From contig SVHH01000005.1 of NCBI GenBank assembly GCA_015055945.1, positions 40,336 through 104,335 on the forward strand: a stretch of 64,000 nt of DNA, given 5' to 3'. Origin of the DNA: Clostridiales bacterium (lineage in GTDB: Bacteria; Bacillota; Clostridia; Christensenellales; Borkfalkiaceae). The notes below the pieces were generated by a model, which saw only the letters and a program-made list of their open reading frames with translations, did not search any database and was not told the DNA's origin. Shown here piece by piece: positions 37,877 through 46,157 of the stretch (position 1 is the first letter of the stretch; each line of letters begins with the position of its first letter). Both the position numbers and the translations under genes were made by a program.

Positions 37877-39553
37877 TTAGGCTTTCCTTTCTCTATAGCG
37901 TTTAATACTTAAAGCGATATTAGTGATGTGGTCGCCTACTCTTTCTAAGTTAGAAACGGTTTGCAAGTAAATTGAACCAACTTGAGCGTTGCAAAGACCT
38001 TTTTTAACTCTATCGATATGATATTCTTCAAGTTTAGCACTGTCGTCGTCGATTTGATCTTCAATTTCGTTAACCTTATCTAAGATATCAACGTTTCTAT
38101 CGTCAAACGCGGTGATAGAGTAATCGTAAAGGGTGTTGATTTTTGCAGTGAGATCTTTAAGTTCAACCTTGGCTTCTTCACTCATTACAAGCCCTTCTTC
38201 ACGAAGTTTAAGAGCGTATTCTAAAACGTTTTCAGCATAGTCGCCTACCCTTTCTACGTCAGACACAACACGGAAGTACGAACTGACTTTCTTATCGTCT
38301 TCATCAGACAAATCTTTACCCATAAGTTTGGTAAGATATTTGGTGATATCTTTATTTAGGCTGTTAATAACTTCTTCGTTACTGCGGATAGAAGGTTCAA
38401 CGTTCAAATCGTTATCGAGCAACATATCGATTGCGCCGTTAATGTTTGATTTAGCAAGTTCAGCCATTCTAACGATTTCTTTCTTGGTGTTACCAGCAGC
38501 AATCGGCGGGGTTGAAAGCAAGCGTTCGTCGATAAATTGGAACTTAAAGCGTTCGTCAACGGGTGCTTTTTTATCTTTAACGAGTGCACAAGCAAGTTTT
38601 ACTACTAAGTTAGTGAACGGCAACAAAATTAGAGTTGTTGCAATGTTGAACAAGGTGTGGAAGATTGCAATTTGTTGACCAACGTCGCTTGACATTGATG
38701 CAAAAAAACTTGTAATTTGATCTTTCCAAATCCAAAGCGGTGCAATAAACAACAAACAACCGAAAGTATTAAATAATAAGTGAACGATTGCCGTTCTCTT
38801 TGCGTTTACGTGAGTTCCTGCAGACGACATAATTGAAGTAATACAGGTACCGATGTTTGAGCCGAGCGCAAGGAAAAGCGCGTTATTAAAGGGAAGTACA
38901 CCGATTGATGCGAGTACAACCATAAGTGAAGTAATGGTTGAAGAACTATGTACGAGAGCGGTAAGCACTATACCGATTAAGATTAGCAATAACGGGAAGT
39001 GGTCGCCTTGGAAAATTGCTTGAACCCACGGAAACGGAGTTGAGCCGTCGATAAACATTATCTTTTTAGCATAGGTTGAAATAAATTCTAACCCTACGAA
39101 GATAAGCCCTAAACCAGCCAAAATATTACCGATATTTACGACCTTTTCATTTTTAATGAGCATTGCCATTAAGATACCGACACAGCCAATCATTGCCGCG
39201 ATTGCGCCGATATCAATTTCGCCCACCCCTGAGAGTGATACTATGTGTGCCGTAACCGTTGTACCGATATTCGCACCCATAATAACGTTGGTTGCTTGCC
39301 CCAAGGTCATAAGTCCGATATTTACGAAACCAACCAACATAACCGTAGTAGCAGTTGAACTTTGAATAATACTTGTTACAGCAATACCTACGCCAACGCC
39401 GGCAAAACGGTTTGAAGTAACTTTGCCGAGCATCTTTTTCATTCCGCCACCGGCAACTTGTTCGAGCGCGCCCCCCATGGTCTTCATACCAATCATCATT
39501 GCAGCAACGCCACCGAACATGAAGAATATGTTCCACAACATATTGATGTCCAT
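37877..39553 (-). CDS. Na/Pi cotransporter family protein with C-terminal PhoU-like domains
   Basis: 558 aa. Multi-TM N-terminal half (GANIGTT repeats) and duplicated ERVGD(Y/H) PhoU-type motifs. Confidence 0.88.
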   Translation of the reverse strand: MDINMLWNIFFMFGGVAAMMIGMKTMGGALEQVAGGGMKKMLGKVTSNRFAGVGVGIAVTSIIQSSTATTVMLVGFVNIGLMTLGQATNVIMGANIGTTVTAHIVSLSGVGEIDIGAIAAMIGCVGILMAMLIKNEKVVNIGNILAGLGLIFVGLEFISTYAKKIMFIDGSTPFPWVQAIFQGDHFPLLLILIGIVLTALVHSSSTITSLMVVLASIGVLPFNNALFLALGSNIGTCITSIMSSAGTHVNAKRTAIVHLLFNTFGCLLFIAPLWIWKDQITSFFASMSSDVGQQIAIFHTLFNIATTLILLPFTNLVVKLACALVKDKKAPVDERFKFQFIDERLLSTPPIAAGNTKKEIVRMAELAKSNINGAIDMLLDNDLNVEPSIRSNEEVINSLNKDITKYLTKLMGKDLSDEDDKKVSSYFRVVSDVERVGDYAENVLEYALKLREEGLVMSEEAKVELKDLTAKINTLYDYSITAFDDRNVDILDKVNEIEDQIDDDSAKLEEYHIDRVKKGLCNAQVGSIYLQTVSNLERVGDHITNIALSIKRYRERKA

Positions 39554-39613
39554 CTTGTTTTCTTTTCTCCTTGAATAAGTTTTCTTTCGTCTATTTCAAA
39601 TTATACCATTGTA

Positions 39614-39643
39614 ATTTTAACTTAAAATTTAAAGGTGTGTCAA
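39614..39643 (-). promoter_or_regulatory. Candidate promoter for the Na/Pi transporter gene
   Basis: In minus sense: TTGACA (39643-39638), 18 nt, TAAAAT (39619-39614). Confidence 0.4.
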
Positions 39644-39661
39644 GTAAATTATCCACGCTAA

Positions 39662-39701
39662 AAACAAAAAAATAAAAACGCGCTGAAAAACTTTAGCGCG
39701 C
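39662..39701 (-). terminator. Rho-independent terminator after trmL
   Basis: CGCGCTGAA/TTTAGCGCG hairpin (39679-39700), followed in minus sense by UUUUUAUUUUUUU. Confidence 0.8.
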
Positions 39702-39707
39702 TTTATT

Positions 39708-40199
39708 TTACCTTTTTGATATTTCCCCTTCAGTTTTAAAATTAGGATAGCCTAGTTGTCTAAGTCCTTCGTATACGCCCACGCACACGCTGTTAGATAG
39801 GTTAAGTGAACGCACTTCGCCAAGCATAGGAAGGCGCACGCACTCGTTGCAATGCTTTTCTAAAAGCGGTTCGGGAAGTCCTTTAGTTTCCTTACCGAAT
39901 ACCAAAAAATCACCGTCTTTATACTTTACGTCAGAGTGGATGTTTTTGGCTTTTGTAGAGAAAAACCAAAAATTAGAGCCGTTATAAAACTTGTCCATAA
40001 CTTCTTCAATACTGTCATAATAATAAATTTCCACCAAGTTCCAATAATCAAGCCCCGCTCTTTTTAAGTACTTATCCGTAACTTCAAAACCAAGCGGACG
40101 AACGAGATGAAGTTTTGCGCCAGTAACCGCGCAAGTTCTTGCAATATTACCCGCATTTTGCGGAATTTCCGGTTCAACTAAAACCACGTTAAAAGCCAT
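39708..40199 (-). CDS. trmL: tRNA (cytidine/uridine-2'-O-)-methyltransferase TrmL (SpoU family)
   Basis: PEIPQNAGNIARTC and SLNLSNSV motifs. Start at ATG 40199 behind AAGGAG. Confidence 0.9.
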   Translation of the reverse strand: MAFNVVLVEPEIPQNAGNIARTCAVTGAKLHLVRPLGFEVTDKYLKRAGLDYWNLVEIYYYDSIEEVMDKFYNGSNFWFFSTKAKNIHSDVKYKDGDFLVFGKETKGLPEPLLEKHCNECVRLPMLGEVRSLNLSNSVCVGVYEGLRQLGYPNFKTEGEISKR

Positions 40200-40212
40200 T
40201 TTTTCTCCTTTG

Positions 40213-40893
40213 TCAATACCCCGCACCGAACTCTCGGTAAAGTCCGCGCCGACGCGAACTTATAAGGTGATAATCTTTTTCTATCTTAATATTTGCACTG
40301 ACAATATCCGCGCTTGAAGATAAGTTTACCCTTCCGCGAATATCTGCAATACAAGTATAATTTTTTGCACAAAGCGCCATAGCCACACCGTTAGAAAACG
40401 CGCCCGCACGGAGCATTATTTGTGGCATAAAGTCATCTAAATTCTTAAATAAACACACGATAAAATCGGCATCGCACAACGTGAGCACTCTTGCGCTTTC
40501 GGGAAAGAACAAATCTTCTGCTAATATAATGCCTATCTTACCCGCTTTCGTATCGTACACCCTAAAATTTCCACCCGGTGAAAACTCACTTTCATCCACC
40601 GCGTGCGCCATATCGGTTACGCCTAAAATTCTTCCGTTCTGGGCAACAACGGCAGAGTGCTTAAACACTCCGTAAGTATCCGTATCGCAACCGCAAATTA
40701 TTACGGATGATAGTTGTTTTGAAAGTTTTGCAACGTCTTGAAAATATTCGGTTTCTCCGCCCAATTCCTTTTTGTAACTTACAAGCCCTAAACCGTTAAA
40801 GCCAAACACCAAAAGGTCGTGATTATCAAGCATAGAGATTTTATCTTGCCAAACGGAATTAAGCGAATCTTTAGTCGCAAAACATACGCGCAT
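40213..40893 (-). CDS. Carbon-nitrogen hydrolase-like protein, apparently lacking catalytic Glu and Cys
   Basis: CN-hydrolase-like blocks are present. However, LLVFGF replaces the usual (v)vfPE, and GIILAEDLFFPE replaces the usual g..iCyD..FPE. Start at ATG 40893 behind GGGGG. Confidence 0.6.
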   Translation of the reverse strand: MRVCFATKDSLNSVWQDKISMLDNHDLLVFGFNGLGLVSYKKELGGETEYFQDVAKLSKQLSSVIICGCDTDTYGVFKHSAVVAQNGRILGVTDMAHAVDESEFSPGGNFRVYDTKAGKIGIILAEDLFFPESARVLTLCDADFIVCLFKNLDDFMPQIMLRAGAFSNGVAMALCAKNYTCIADIRGRVNLSSSADIVSANIKIEKDYHLISSRRRGLYREFGAGY

Positions 40894-40946
40894 ATACACC
40901 CCCAAAACGCAATATATATTATTCTATTTTGGCGGCATTATTTTTG

Positions 40947-41888
40947 TTAAAGCCCTTTGTCTATTAATTCTATGATTTGTGCGGTGCTTTCCGCTTGAAC
41001 CAATGCAAGTTTTAAGTCCTTTACACCAGTCATACCCTTAAAATAATAAGGTGTAAATTTCCTAAACTCAAGCGAAGCCCTTCTGTCTGCATAAATTTCC
41101 GTCATAAGTAAAACGTGCTTTTTTATGTATTCTTTTAAGGTTAAATCATATTCAGCACCTAAAAGTTCACATATCAAAAATGGGTTTGCTATTGCGCCGC
41201 GCGCAAGCATTACTCCGTCCGCACCCGTTTTATCGAGCATATTTTCAGCGTCTTCTTTAGTAAATATTCCGCCGTTTGCTATCACTGGAATTTTAACTGC
41301 TTTTTTTGCCTTTTCAATAGCGTTAAAATCGGGCTCACCCGAATAATATTCTTCCCTAACTCTACCGTGTATAGTAATTAAACTTGCGCCAGCATTTTCC
41401 GCCATTTTAGCAAAGTCAGTTGCAATATCGTCGCCTTTTTTTTGGCCAGTGCGAATTTTTACGGTAATGATTTTACCACTCTTTACGCACTCTTTAATGA
41501 TATTTTCGGCCTTGTTTATATCGGTAAGCAGCGCGCTTCCTTCGCCATTCTTAAATACTTTGGGTACAGGGCAACCCATATTGATATCAACGATATTAAA
41601 GGGCGCTAAATACTCGCTTTCACAAGCAGCCCTTAAGTAATAGGGATCAGCACCAAAAATTTGCGCGGCGGTTGACTTTTCATCGCCTTTAGAGTAAAGT
41701 AAGATTTGGTTGGACTTTTTACTTCCATACATAAGCCCCTTTGCGCTTACTAGTTCGGTAAAAGCCAAGCCTATACCCAAAGATAGTTGCAACTTTCTTA
41801 TAGAGTAATCGGTATACCCCGCCATGGGCGCTAAAAATATGTTGTTTTTAACTTGCGTATTCCCTACGGTAAGTGCTTTTAACTGCAT
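40947..41888 (-). CDS. dusB: tRNA-dihydrouridine synthase
   Basis: LAPMAGYTD, DINMGCP and ITIHGR motifs. Confidence 0.93.
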   Translation of the reverse strand: MQLKALTVGNTQVKNNIFLAPMAGYTDYSIRKLQLSLGIGLAFTELVSAKGLMYGSKKSNQILLYSKGDEKSTAAQIFGADPYYLRAACESEYLAPFNIVDINMGCPVPKVFKNGEGSALLTDINKAENIIKECVKSGKIITVKIRTGQKKGDDIATDFAKMAENAGASLITIHGRVREEYYSGEPDFNAIEKAKKAVKIPVIANGGIFTKEDAENMLDKTGADGVMLARGAIANPFLICELLGAEYDLTLKEYIKKHVLLMTEIYADRRASLEFRKFTPYYFKGMTGVKDLKLALVQAESTAQIIELIDKGL

Positions 41889-43200
41889 TTTTCACCTTTA
41901 ACTTAAATATCATAGTTAAGTTTATCAAACAAGCGAAAAAATAGCAAGCATTTAGAGCAATACCGCTGCCGTAAATGTTAATTTTTGCGTTTTGTAGCAG
42001 CAAAACTTCAAGTATTATTTTAATAACTACGCCAACGCTTAAACTAAAAGTCGGCGCGTAAAGTTTTCCTTTACCTATTAAAACGCCGTTCATCGTTTGC
42101 AATACCGATAAAAGCACTATGCAAGGAGAAGTTAGTCTTAAAAGATTTATTGCAGTTTGTCTTTCTACACCACTTAACGAACGAAATAATATTTTTATAA
42201 TAAGCGGCGCAAAAATAAAACATATAGCCGCACACGGTAGCGACACTGCTAACGTTAAAAAAATGCTTTTTGTTGCGCTTTTATTTTGTTTATTTAAGTC
42301 CTTTTCTTTTGAAACTGCAGGTATTGCAACCGTTGCAATTCCGTGGCATACGGAAACGGGCAAATTTACAACCGTAAGCGCCACCCCGCTAAAAAGCCCG
42401 AAAAGCGCCGTTGCACTAGCACTATACCCGCTTAAAATGTTAACTGTTAGAAAACTGTCGATAACTTGTGATAACGGCAGTATTAACCCAGTCAAAGTTA
42501 TGGGAAGTGTAGTTTTTATAAGGAGTTTTAATATTTGCTTTTTTTCAGTTTTGATAAGCGGCAAAATTCCGCGATTAGTTTTTGAAAATTTAGTTCGCAA
42601 ATAAATAAGTGCAACCACTTCTGAAACGGTTATTGCAAAAGTTGCCCCAGCAACCGCTTTAGGCACGCTTGGAAGCAACAGTTTTATTGCTACTATACCC
42701 AAAACCAACTTTACCGATTGTTCTAAAATTTGTGAAAGCGCGGTTGGCATCATATTCATTAAGCCTTGAAAATATCCGCGGTAGCAAGATATTAGCGCGA
42801 CAAAAAACACTGCGGGTGCTAAAAATATATATGCCAAATAAGCATCTTCGTTACCTTGTAATTTTGCTAGCGGCTTAGAAAACATTGCCATTAAAAGTGC
42901 TAAAAAAAGTCCTAAAATGGACAAAAAACGTATTGCAACCGATAAAATTTCTCTACCCTTTTGTTCTTTATCGTTTTCGCTTGCAATAAGTTTTGACATT
43001 CCGCTAGGTGCAGCGCAGCCCGAAAAATCAAGAAGAAGAGCGTATACTGGAAAAACCATTTGATAAAGCCCTATTCCAAAACCGCCCAAAAGATTAGTTA
43101 GTGGTATGCGGTAAATTGCGCCCAAAACTTTACTTATAAACGCGCCTACCCCTAAAATTGACGCGCCCTTTAAAAAAGACTTATCTTTAACTTTTTGCAT
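41848..43200 (-). CDS. MOP-superfamily flippase (YabM / SpoVB / MurJ-like polysaccharide biosynthesis protein)
   Basis: 450 aa and multi-TM. The GASILGVGAFISKVLGAIYRIPL start is typical of this family. It lies directly downstream of spoVT, as yabM does in B. subtilis. Confidence 0.8.
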   Translation of the reverse strand: MQKVKDKSFLKGASILGVGAFISKVLGAIYRIPLTNLLGGFGIGLYQMVFPVYALLLDFSGCAAPSGMSKLIASENDKEQKGREILSVAIRFLSILGLFLALLMAMFSKPLAKLQGNEDAYLAYIFLAPAVFFVALISCYRGYFQGLMNMMPTALSQILEQSVKLVLGIVAIKLLLPSVPKAVAGATFAITVSEVVALIYLRTKFSKTNRGILPLIKTEKKQILKLLIKTTLPITLTGLILPLSQVIDSFLTVNILSGYSASATALFGLFSGVALTVVNLPVSVCHGIATVAIPAVSKEKDLNKQNKSATKSIFLTLAVSLPCAAICFIFAPLIIKILFRSLSGVERQTAINLLRLTSPCIVLLSVLQTMNGVLIGKGKLYAPTFSLSVGVVIKIILEVLLLQNAKINIYGSGIALNACYFFACLINLTMIFKLKVKNAVKSTYRREYAS

Positions 43201-43207
43201 ATATGTA

Positions 43208-43230
43208 AAGCCACGGAAAATCCGTGGCTT
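43208..43230 (-). other. 10-bp stem-loop between spoVT and the flippase gene
   Basis: AAGCCACGGA/TCCGTGGCTT. No U-tract in minus sense. Confidence 0.45.
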
Positions 43231-43244
43231 TTAATGACGAATAA

Positions 43245-43790
43245 TCATTCAAGTTGAGAGGACAAAAAAGACGAACCGAGTTGGACTAACTTTACGTCGC
43301 TTGATGAAAAGCGTGAAGATTTGTCCTTGTCGTATAAAATTACTGAACCGAAACAATCTCCGCCAGTAATCATAGGAACTATAATTTGATTTTCAGACTG
43401 CATATCTTCGCCCGAAATAACAGGTATGATAGTTCCGCCGTCAGCGCGTGATAACACGACGCTTTTTCTCTCTTTTAATACTTTTTCCATCTCAGTGGAA
43501 ATGTTCTTACCAAGAATATCTTTATCTTTACCACTGGATACGTAAACTACCGTATCACAATCGGTTATGATGCAAGTTTTTTCCGTAAGATTTTCAATAC
43601 CGTCAGCAACTGCTGACGAAATATTCTTTAATGATGAAATAGGTGAATATTTTTTCAAAACTAATTCATCTTTACTTGCATAAATCTCTAAGGGATCTCC
43701 TTCCCTAATACGCAAACTCTTGCGCAGTTCTTTAGGGATAACTAATCTCCCTAGTTCGTCTATTCTTCTAACAATGCCCTGTTCTTGCAT
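43245..43790 (-). CDS. spoVT: Stage V sporulation protein T (AbrB-family regulator)
   Basis: GIVRRIDELGRLVIPKELRKSLRIREGDPLEIY SpoVT-AbrB swapped-hairpin N-domain plus a GAF-like C-domain. 181 aa. Confidence 0.92.
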   Translation of the reverse strand: MQEQGIVRRIDELGRLVIPKELRKSLRIREGDPLEIYASKDELVLKKYSPISSLKNISSAVADGIENLTEKTCIITDCDTVVYVSSGKDKDILGKNISTEMEKVLKERKSVVLSRADGGTIIPVISGEDMQSENQIIVPMITGGDCFGSVILYDKDKSSRFSSSDVKLVQLGSSFLSSQLE

Positions 43791-43846
43791 ACTGACCTCC
43801 GTCTAAGGTTAGTATGGTCGGGTTTTAAAAGTTTATGCAAAAATTT

Positions 43847-44947
43847 TTAATTCCAATTTCTATTCGCCTTAAACCACGCAGTGTCTTTTAGAACAGACTT
43901 TTCGCCAGAACAATCAACCGTTATGCCTTTTTCAGCATCAGAAGATACTACCACGCTACCGTTTATTGCAGTGTAACCGCTATTAGTTGCCGCAGTCGTC
44001 ATATAAACGCTTGTGTCATACTTTGCAATACGGTTAATAAACAGTTGATTCGGAAAACCGTAACCATCGCCTATATCTTTATTGTTTGCAGCACCGCTAA
44101 TAACGCAAATTTTAGGCTTTATTACCGAAAGTAACAAGTCGTGCGATGCGGTATACGAACCGTGATGCCCCGCTTTAAATAGAGCAACTTCTTTTAAATC
44201 GTTATTTTGAACTAAAAGTTCTTCACCATCTTCTTCTAAATCACCAGTAAATAAGAACAATCTTTCGCTGCCGTGTGAAAATTGCACGCATACCGAATAA
44301 TCGTTTTCGTTTGAAGTCTTTTGTTCATAATAAGGATTATATAAAATTTCCATTTTAACGTTGCCGTCGTCAGTTAGTTCATAAACCCTTTTAGCACCGT
44401 TCTGATTATTATAGCACTCAAGCGCGGTGTAGTGTACGGCACCCTTTTCAACTTCCGCATCACGCTCTTCTAGGTAACGATTATACACGGCAGACGTTGC
44501 GTTAGTTAAGGGGAAGTCTATAATAGTATCCACTTCATATTCATCAAAAAGGCTATTTTCACCTTTTTTGCCCGCAAAACACGCTATGTGGTCAAGGTGC
44601 GCGTGCGTTGCAATTATAAATTCAAACTTATCGTCAGTCATATAATCATCGACGTAATTCATTATATGTCCTATACTGTCGTAATCACTGCCCGCGTCGA
44701 TTAAAATATCATTTTCGCCCGCTTTAATATAAGTACAGTCGCCAGAAGCGTCGTTACCGAGCATCATAAAGTGAAAAGAAACTTCACCCTTGGCTTCAAT
44801 TACTGGGTCAGTTTGCTTAAAATACTTATTATAAATATAATATCCGCAAACCGCAAGAATAAATATAACTACCGCTAAAAATACAGCAGTGGGCGAAGTC
44901 TTTTTCAAGCGTTTTACTGCCTTTTTTACTTGCTTTGTGCGAGACAT
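43847..44947 (-). CDS. Membrane-anchored MBL-fold metallo-hydrolase (ComEC C-terminal-domain-like)
   Basis: N-terminal TM segment, then HAHLDH and GHHGS motifs. Confidence 0.8.
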   Translation of the reverse strand: MSRTKQVKKAVKRLKKTSPTAVFLAVVIFILAVCGYYIYNKYFKQTDPVIEAKGEVSFHFMMLGNDASGDCTYIKAGENDILIDAGSDYDSIGHIMNYVDDYMTDDKFEFIIATHAHLDHIACFAGKKGENSLFDEYEVDTIIDFPLTNATSAVYNRYLEERDAEVEKGAVHYTALECYNNQNGAKRVYELTDDGNVKMEILYNPYYEQKTSNENDYSVCVQFSHGSERLFLFTGDLEEDGEELLVQNNDLKEVALFKAGHHGSYTASHDLLLSVIKPKICVISGAANNKDIGDGYGFPNQLFINRIAKYDTSVYMTTAATNSGYTAINGSVVVSSDAEKGITVDCSGEKSVLKDTAWFKANRNWN

Positions 44948-44972
44948 AATCTCCCCCTTTTTATTTAGTATA

Positions 44973-45947
44973 TTACAACAAATGCGCCCTTAACTCAGCA
45001 CTTGAGAGCGGTGAGAGATATTTAAGCGGAATATCGTAAACCGTAACACAGCCGGTCGCGCCTTCTTTTGCTAATCTTGCAACCGCTCTACCGTACGCGG
45101 TCAACACGCTACCAGTAAATTCGGGGTTGCTGTCAAGTTTAAGCGATAGTTCAAGAAGATGTGAATTTTCTTCAGTAGTGTTGCCTGAACGGAACACAAA
45201 CCCGCCGTGTGATAATTTTTGTTGCCTTTCTTTTACTTCTTCTTCGGTTACGAAGTTTACTATAGTTTCATAATCTGCAAAGTAGTTTGGCATTTCTTTA
45301 ATGGTCTTTTCAATAAGCGCCTTATCAGCACCGTCGCTAACAGCAACAAAACATTCTCTAAGGTGCTTATCCCCCGTTTTAAGATCAGGGTTTTCACCGT
45401 TTCTAACCTTTAAAAGAGCGTCTTCTTTAGGAATAGTATATTGAATAGCGTTTTTAACGCCGTAAATTCTTCTTATAGCGTCGCTGTGGCCTTGAGAAAC
45501 GCCCTTACCCCAAAAAGTATAATCATTTCCATCGGGCAAAACTGCGCCAAAAAGCATTCTTGCAATAGAGAAAATACCAGGGTCCCAACCGATACTTATT
45601 GCAGAGAGTTTGCCGTATTCTTTACCCACTCTTTCAAGTTTCTTAAAATATTCGGGGATTTTTGCATGCGTATCAAAAGAGTCTACCGTGTTAAAATCTT
45701 TTAAGATTTCAGCAGTAGTGCTAGGTAGGTCGGTTGCACTGCCACCGCAAAGAAGCAGCACGTCTACCTTACCCTTAAATTCTTGCAATTTATCCATTGA
45801 ATATACTGGAAAGTCAACCGCAGGGGTTAAACTTTCAGGGTTTCTTCTTGTAAAAATACCCACACATTCCATATCGGGTGCTTTAGACACCGCAAGGGTA
45901 ACACCCCTACCTAAATTACCATAACCAACAATACCAACTTTAATCAT
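44973..45947 (-). CDS. ddh: meso-Diaminopimelate D-dehydrogenase
   Basis: MIKVGIVGYGNLGRGV...PDMECVGIFTRR resembles Ddh N-termini. 324 aa. Confidence 0.85.
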   Translation of the reverse strand: MIKVGIVGYGNLGRGVTLAVSKAPDMECVGIFTRRNPESLTPAVDFPVYSMDKLQEFKGKVDVLLLCGGSATDLPSTTAEILKDFNTVDSFDTHAKIPEYFKKLERVGKEYGKLSAISIGWDPGIFSIARMLFGAVLPDGNDYTFWGKGVSQGHSDAIRRIYGVKNAIQYTIPKEDALLKVRNGENPDLKTGDKHLRECFVAVSDGADKALIEKTIKEMPNYFADYETIVNFVTEEEVKERQQKLSHGGFVFRSGNTTEENSHLLELSLKLDSNPEFTGSVLTAYGRAVARLAKEGATGCVTVYDIPLKYLSPLSSAELRAHLL

Positions 45948-46157
45948 ATTTTCACCTTTTATATAAGTTTTTTATAGTTACATTTTACAATTATAAATAT
46001 AATAAAAGCAACAAAAATAATAATAGTATTTTTTATAATCATTATTAAATTTTATTAAGTATTTTATTTGACCTTATACGCTAAATTCTTACAAAATTAC
46101 TTATCATATATAGTATACAATGAATTTAATAATCAGTCAATAGCAAGGAGAAAAATT

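Noticed and set aside
39213-39536. A 107-aa Trp/Arg/Cys/Tyr-rich ORF inside the Na/Pi transporter gene.
   Set aside because: It is an out-of-frame ORF on the same strand within a clearly recognisable transporter gene. Its composition is typical of an off-frame reading of a Gly/Ala/Ile-rich membrane protein.
41848-41888. The 41-nt overlap between the flippase 3' end and the dusB 5' end, considered as a possible mis-annotated start or a frameshift.
   Set aside because: The dusB N-terminus (MQLKALTVGN...FLAPMAGYTD) reads as a normal Dus start, and no alternative start removes the overlap. It is treated as a genuine overlap.
46068-46157. Upstream TTG start extending SpoIIE by 30 codons.
   Set aside because: It has no SD, whereas the in-frame TTG at 46158 follows AGGAGA by 6 nt. 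The extension is AT-rich promoter-like sequence.
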